This document shows positions 56,593 to 64,000 of a DNA stretch of 64,000 nucleotides, piece by piece. Each line of letters starts with the position of its first letter. Positions within the stretch are counted from its first letter, which is position 1. Source of the DNA: Dimorphilus gyrociliatus (taxonomy: Eukaryota; Animalia; Annelida); assembly GCA_904063045.1 (NCBI GenBank), contig CAJFCJ010000010.1, positions 1,488,001 to 1,552,000 on the forward strand, read 5' to 3'. Below the pieces are notes generated by a model. That model saw only the letters and a program-made list of their open reading frames with translations, made no database searches and was not told where the DNA came from. A program made the position numbers and the translations under genes.

Positions 56593-59500
56593 TCAAATTT
56601 CTTCTAACCATCGTTTTAATGGCTCCTTGTTCTTGTCCAACCAACTTAGGTTAATTTCGCCAATGTCTATTGCGGAAGTCGCTGATGGGTTATTTAATTC
56701 ATCTTCATTTTCAAGAAATTCTCGTAACTGTTGCGCAATACAAAATTTATTTACTATTTTTTCATAATTTTGTATAGTGTTAATTATTAATCACGCTAAT
56801 TAGTTGGAAAATATAAAATACGTTGTAATTATTTATTATCGCCCTATACAAATTTATTTAATATATTGTTCTACGGTGTACATGTATAGCAGTAATTAAT
56901 ACTGTAGGAGTATATATCTAGATAACAAGAGCAAAAACAAAGTGAACTGTATTTAACACACGTAAACTAATACACTTATGAAAAAAAAGAGAGAAATAGG
57001 CCTAAAGATTTTTATATGTATAACTTTATGCCTTTTTGCATTTATTCTCTTATTCTTTAGAAAGAAACATATCGTTTTCTTTCCATTTAAAACGAATTAA
57101 TTAAGAATTGAAAGGAACTATAGGGAAAAAAGTGAATAAATTATCTTTTTAAACAAGATCTATCGATATAATAAACAACTTGAACGTGTTAAAAGAGTGA
57201 TGAAATATTAATTTAATGGGCTTTTAGGCTATCTTTATTAGATTTATACGTACAATTGATAGACTCATATATACATTTATATTAAACATATACAGCAAAT
57301 GTATATGTAAGCTATATATATGTATGTATGTATGTATATTAGGATGAATATAGTGTCTTCCAACAGCGTACATTTCCTATGTATAACGCACATACAGAGA
57401 GAGAGGAAAAAGAAAGGCTGAAAGAGTTTAACAAGTTTATAGCATTAAATATACATACCTCTATCAGTTCTTGTTGATCAACTATAAAGGATGCCATTGT
57501 TGATAGAATTGCATACTTGGCACCTCTGTGTTTTTTTTTATAAAATAAAGTATTAATTAAGGGGAAATCGTAATAAATGTCTTTATATTTCTCAATCAAT
57601 ATGGCTTTTTTTTATAAATGTTCGAATTGCCAATGTGATTTATAATTCGATAAGTTTCTTTATAGTTTAATAGAGGGAGGGCGTCTAATTTGATATATTT
57701 AGATTTTTTAATTAGTCTTTTACTAAATAATTTTCTTTCAATTCTATAAAGTCATCAGGATATGTTTTGAGAAAATTAATTGACTTTTTTATTGTTATTT
57801 CTTTTTATACTCACTGTAAAGGCGTTATCTTCCAATTAACGAGAAAATGACCCCATAAAACGCTCCTTCCGTTTCCGGTTTGTACGATAGAATTAGTAGC
57901 GGCTACCTTATTGGCAAAACTATAATCTGAATCATTCCATAATCTTTCGAAATATCTATAAATAAGAAAAGTTTCCCCTGTCTCTTTACTTTTCTGTTAT
58001 ACAATTAATAGTAATGGCTCATTCTTTACCTCCCCAGTGATGATTTATCATCTTTACATGACAAACTTCTCAAAATGGCTAAACGATTGTTCCTTTCTTC
58101 ACTTTTACCTTTTTCGTAAATAGCATCCCATCCGTTATCCGTACTCGTTAAAGCTCCCTGACACGCTACCGTATACACCATATCAGGTTTAGGCCTATTT
58201 AAAGGATAGAATAGAAAAAGATAGTAGAAAAAAATCTTGACAATATAACACACTATGATATCCTTAAATATTTTAAATGTCTCTATTTTAAAGCTCTTAC
58301 TTGTCTCCTAATTCAGTCCATCTTTGAAATAATTCCTCAGCTTTATTCCTGCAATTTCCGATATTGAAATTACACGCTCTTTTTATTATTTCAAAGCGTA
58401 GTAATCTGTTGAAAGAATGAAGAGCATATAGCTTTTATCATTTTCAGGAAATTACAATTTTTTAACTTATTTAACGACTAACAAAAGGGAATCACATGTT
58501 TAAAGTTAAATATTGTGAAAAAAGAATGTGAAAACAAAGGTAAAGATCAACTTTTTTTTTATTAATAGCATTGCAAGTATTTAGTCAAGGATGATTTACA
58601 GATTTTTTGTTCGTGAGTAGGCCTAGCGATGAATTGACGTAATCAATTACAAGAATAGTAATTTGAAGGTATAAATCATTAAGTTACATCTATACTATGG
58701 TTTATACCACTTTATATCATGTTCCACATCCTCTTCCTTTTTTTTTCAATTTATCTTATATCTATCTATATATATATACAGTATAATATATATATGGTTT
58801 ATGTTAACCTTCTCTAAGCATTAGTTCATCTCTAAAAATAGATTTTGTGACGCATAACTTGGGCAAAAACTCTATATTTCTTTTTTGTTTATTCAAAAAA
58901 AATGGTAAAAAAGATTTTAAAGGATAATATTTTTTTCTCGTCAAAAGAAGAAACATTTTTAGTTGGCCCTTGGGTATTTCGTAACTTATTTATTCTCCCT
59001 CTTTTCTCCTCTGTACAATAAGGCTCAAAGACACAATATGAACGAGAGAGAGAGAAAGAGAGAATGAGGGGGCGGATAGTAGGACAGACGGATAGAGAAA
59101 GGAAAAAGACAAGGCGGGTGGTTAAAGGGAAAGAGCAAGATCAGGAATTTTATCGTAAAAACTAAAAGAGAATGAGAAAAAAGAAACAACTGTTTTGAAC
59201 TTTTGGAAAAGGGTTAAAATAGAAGAAAGAAGTTAACGTAATGTTAAAGACGAATTAACTAGGTTACTTGTGTGTAAACTCATGCTGAGGGTTTTTCTAT
59301 CAATTATGCGTATTTTTTCTACTACAACAGAAGATGTTACCTACTTGATAGATAATCCTTCTTCATCCCTTTCGTCAAATCCCAAATCCTGATAGGTAGG
59401 ATCAATTAGATGAACCAGATAATTCTATATTAAGAGTTGAAAGAAACATAAATTAAGTTGTTTTTTTATTACATTGTTTTCGGGCTAAATAATTGAAATA

Positions 59501-62500
59501 GAAAGAGACAACGTCTCTCTCCCTCTCTTTTGTTTTTCAACATTCGTTGTAAATAAATTATTTTGTCCTGTACCCGAATTAGGTTAGACGTCTCATTAAG
59601 AGAGCCGAGAAGACGTTCAATTTGTTGTGATCCCTTAAAAAACGTTTCCCAAACGGTTCTCTCTCTTTCTTGACTCATGTGACGAGAAAATTCCATAGCA
59701 ACATCTTCCGTATAATAACCGTTTCTGTAAAGGGAATTAAATTAGAAACTAAACAATTAAATAGCTTTATCCTTTGATTTTGTTTTTGTTGGGAAAATAG
59801 CTTTAAAAGCCTAAAAACATAGGTAAAAAGTTTTGCGTCTTTTATCGACCGCAAAAACTATATCAAAGTATTTTTACCTATATTTAAAAAATAAATGTAG
59901 GTATAAGAGAGAGAGAGAGGGGTGGGCAGGGAATGGGAGAAGGGGAGAAAGGTAAAAATTGAAAGGAATAAAAACAAGAAAACCCAAATCTATTGGCAGA
60001 TTTCCTCTCGATTACTCAAATTGTTCTTTTATATGAAAAGTAAAAACTTTCTACCTGTCACAACTATTTTTTTTTATAGATTATTTTTAGTTTGTTTTTT
60101 ATAAAAAAACAAAAATAAAACAGTATAGTTAAAAGGTTGAGTTAGGCTAGTCTTAATAAAAATTGCAAGATATAATTATTGTAAAGTGAGGTTGCTTTAA
60201 TATATACTGTATATATAATATATATGTATATGTTTATATTAAAGAAGAGAGGAAAGACAATGACATACCGGAACTAATTTTAAAGCAAGATACTAATTAT
60301 TGAAAGTGTAAAAGACCTCTGAAAAGGGATTAATAAAATTCATTAAATAGTAATCAAAAATTGGTGTTTAGCTTAAGTAAATTACATGATGAATATGGCT
60401 AAATACCTTGCTAAGGTAAACGCATCATCCAATAACAGAGCTCTATTTTCGTATGGAATTTGACTGAAATCCGACTTCAAAATATCACTAATTTTGGATC
60501 GGAGAGTAGAATCGTAATCTACTCTGTAGAATCCAACTTGCTGAGAATTTAATAAAAACCATTCTTTTCCATTAACTTCCGGTAGATGGGCTGTGTTGAT
60601 TTGAAGATAATGTATTATGTTACCATTCGAATGCTTTTGTGAGTGTTTCTAACAACAGTATATGTTAATAAATACCAGTTTCATTGACGAGCCATCTTAC
60701 TGTCGTATTAGACATATCATCAGCAGTTATGATCGTGATAGGTACACTCCAAATATAGCTTTCAGAATAAGGGAATTAGGTTAACGTACCGAGAAAAATA
60801 AATTAATTAGCAAAAAAGACTGTCAAATACTTATGAGGGGACGGTTTGCTTATTATTTGGTCTTTCGGATCTAAGTAATGAAATTGTTGGACCGAGGCAC
60901 CGCTTTTGGCATCTAAGGTTACTCTAATTAATGGATAATTTATTTGTTCCATCCATGTATTCCATTTGCGTTTCCTTTCATTCAACGTATCGCCATTCTC
61001 TTCCTACGAAATGCATATGTTTCATTCAAAGCTTTTCGCCCACATAAAGATTATTTAATAGGAATTATAAAAGAATAATTTACTGGTAAAAGAACATCCC
61101 ACAATTGATCTGTAGTAACGCTTTTGTACTGGAATATTTTTAGAGCTGTTTGAATTCTCTTCCAAAACTCATTTTCTCCCAAATCCGATCTCAGCATTCT
61201 AACAATAGCACCACCCTGTATTGTTTAAAAGAAAAAGGCTATTCTCTCTTCAAATATATTAATAAACATATAGTTAGATTATAAATCTACTTAGTTAGAC
61301 AAGATTAATAAACTTATAATTATTATACTCTATTATAATTTATATCAATTTTCTCCTAATCAAAAATGAATGATAAAAGCTGGAAGATAAAAAGAGATAT
61401 ACATATATTTTCATTATTTATCCTTACTACCGTAGTATAAGCATATTATGTCTTTCCTATCACTTTCTTTCTATTCTTCTCCCCTTTTTTCCCAACTATT
61501 AATAATTTACAATGTTAACTATCTTCATTAAGATAGCCGATAAAATAGATAGTAGAGTATAAATTTTTACCCTTTATTACTATTACATAAGTTTTAATAC
61601 GACTAGAGTATATTTTATACTCTTTTTGTAAAGTAATCTATCTTGGAACAAATGTCTAGCCGCTTCTTCTTTCTGTCTAGATTTCTTTTTATTATACATG
61701 TATATTTCATATATATTTATATATTAATGCATATTGTATAACTGAAAATACTATATAAATTGTACCATTTCATTATTAAATCAGTCCTAGTTATTGTGTC
61801 CTTTTACTTCTAAAATTAACATTTATAATAAAGTTTCTTTTATAAATTGACACTTTTGAGGAAAAAGGTATATTCCAGCTTCCTGTCTCGAAATGGATAT
61901 ATGACTCATTATCATTCTACATACTCTTTTTTGTAGGTGAATTGTTACAGAAATGGAAACAAATTATCTATATGATAATATTGTTTACTATACTTTGTTA
62001 TAGGTTATTCTGGAGAATGCTTTACTACTATCCCAAACTGTTGGTATATCTGGTATAACTTCTTGAGAAGTGTTCAAAGCGTCAGATACTTGTATTCTTT
62101 GTAAATCGTCCAATATTTGCATTTCGCTCTAAATACAGAAAAAAATTGCTTTACAGTTTTGTCTCTTATTTTTTTAATTTTAAAAAAGGAACTTACATGA
62201 TCAAGACCGAGGAGAGATTTTAATGGTACAAACTGCATAAACTCTGTTATACCTTCATTTATCCAAGTGTGATTCCACCATTCACAGGTGATAAGATTTC
62301 CAAACCACTATATATATAAACAAGTTTAATTGATACGTGGAAAAGGAAGTTATTAAAAGAATAAGAATAGAATAATAATAAAAAAAAAGACCTGATGAGC
62401 CAATTCATGCATAACTAATTTTGCCGTACGAATCTTTTCTCTTAGGATATTCTTTTCACTATTATATAACAAGGAGGATTCTGCGTACGTAACTAAGCCC

Positions 62501-63722
62501 CAGTGCTCCATTGCGTATCCTATTTCTTTGGGAATGGCCAAGTTATCTGTACATTAAATTTGAAAAAATGTTTGCTATTAAATTTTAAAGGAAGTAACCC
62601 ATTTGTTACAATCTAACCTAATTTAGAGAGGGTATAATTGTAGTCTAGTTTGTCTCCAAAGTACTCCAAAGTTCTTGTCGCCATCTGTAGGGCTAAATTA
62701 GCTTCGTCGATACGATCCCTTCTGGCGTAAACTCGAACCTAGGGTCAATTTTAAGTAAGGGTCATGAACTAGATTTAAGAAAACACTGGGGACGTTGAGC
62801 TACCAACCCGAACGCCATCTGTTGTAAACGATTCAACATATGCGAAGTCTACAACGGCCCAACATAGACTATACAGTGGCATAATCGGTGACCAATCAAA
62901 TTCATCAGCTACAAAATCGTTTGTCCTTCAATTGCAAACATTAAAAATATAACAATCTTAGGTTATTAATATAATAAAGAGTTTGCCTTTAAGAAAATAT
63001 ACAATATTGTGGGCTTACATTGGAGCCGTACGAACACGACGCGTTGAAGTAAGAGAAGAGTATTCCGACTTTCTTTCAATGATTAGTTTAAATCTAGACT
63101 TAAAAGAAGGTTCATCAAAGCATGGGAAAACGGCTCTAGCTATCTTTGGTACAAAGAACGTTGACACCATATATCTATATAATAAGAAAATATAAAAATT
63201 ATCATTTCCTCCTCTTTCTTTTTTGCAAGTCAACGTGTTCAGGTATTATCACCTCTGTCCTAAGTCCTTTTCTTCGTATCCCGCATAAAAAAACCCGAAT
63301 CTGTCATCAAATATCCCACCATTCAGGCGAACAGTCAGCCAAAAATTTTCCCCTACTGCCAAGCTCCTTGATGGGTTAACAATTAAGAATTCGGCGTCAT
63401 TGTCTATCGTTACATTATGCAATAAGTCGACTCCGTCAGTGTCCACCAGCCGGAAATCGGATAATATCAAACCGTCTTCGTCGTCGTAATTAAGAACTAT
63501 TTGATCCGTAGGAAATCGGCATTCCATAAGTATATTGACGGTACCATTGTACTTAAAGTTGTTTGTATCGTTTGAATAAAAGTCTGGTCTGATACGTAAA
63601 ATATAGGAGAGAGGGACAACAGACTTTGGTAACCTTCCGTCCAATCTATCAGAACGAACTTGACCCGACAGAAGGAACGAAAGAAAGATAAATAAAGAGA
63701 ATGTTATGAATGAATCGGTCAT
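56593..63722 (-). CDS. M1-family zinc aminopeptidase (aminopeptidase N-like), predicted secreted, more than 12 exons
   Basis: Signal-like MTDSFITFSLFIFLSFLLSG, RLPKSVVPLSY, ARAVFPCFDEPSFK, YAMEHWGLVTY, HELAHQ|WFGNLIT..WWNHTWINEG, catalytic-Tyr segment FSRITYNK|GG, and last exon ...INLSWLDKNKEPLKRWLEEI with TGA at 56593-56595. Confidence 0.93.
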
Positions 63723-64000
63723 AACGATCACTTTGTAAAATATCTCTCAAGACGGTCGTTAACCGTTTATCTGGTTTTTTTTTATTTAAACCGTTAAATA
63801 TTTTAAGAAACAATGTGCCGTCTCACACGAAATTAATTAAAAATAACTTCAACTATAAGCTGTATTCTCTTTCGCTAGAACATAGACATTACTCATGTAT
63901 ATCAATCAATAAAACATTACGTATGACTGCTATAACTCAGGAAAGCGAAAGAAATATACAAGCGTTTATAATACTGCAAGTGTGATGTAATACTGTAAGG

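Noticed and set aside
62676-62826. Two strong AGATGGCG CTCF-like matches
   Set aside because: Both lie inside aminopeptidase coding exons (ALQMATR and TTDGVR), so codon sequence explains them.

Overview
AT-rich, gene-dense eukaryotic (animal) DNA with mostly very short GT-AG introns (about 45-65 nt). The marker genes point to a lophotrochozoan: a universal stress protein, an innexin and a PxFVamide/FVamide-type neuropeptide precursor. A compact-genome annelid such as Dimorphilus is my inference and is not proven. I can support 19 protein-coding genes and one tRNA, in this order: repeat-containing degenerate CAP/SCP protein (5' end outside the window), DBHS/NONO, SmB, a divergent mitochondrial phosphate carrier, CYB5D1, a USP-domain protein, MAPKAPK2, a secreted PAN/apple protein, an intron-containing tRNA-Arg(CCU), TATDN2-like, nanos, innexin, FBXO8, Gab/DOS, CutA, DYRK2, BORCS6, TTLL10, a neuropeptide precursor and a secreted M1 aminopeptidase. 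Many genes sit in head-to-head pairs whose shared promoters carry NRF1-, ETS-, E-box- and CTCF-like motifs. I found no intact transposon, CRISPR array or rRNA. The most notable observations are: (1) 13 exact TATA-CAG/CTG-TATA motifs resembling Tc1/mariner excision footprints; (2) an intron in tRNA-Arg(CCU); (3) a CAP domain lacking its His/Glu tetrad, fused to at least 24 copies of a 15-aa Pro/Gln/Lys repeat; (4) a USP with a CxxC motif, an altered ATP motif and kinase-consensus sites; (5) an M1 peptidase with YAMEH in place of GAMEN; (6) a mixed FV/FI-amide neuropeptide precursor. Exon boundaries were read by eye and are approximate.
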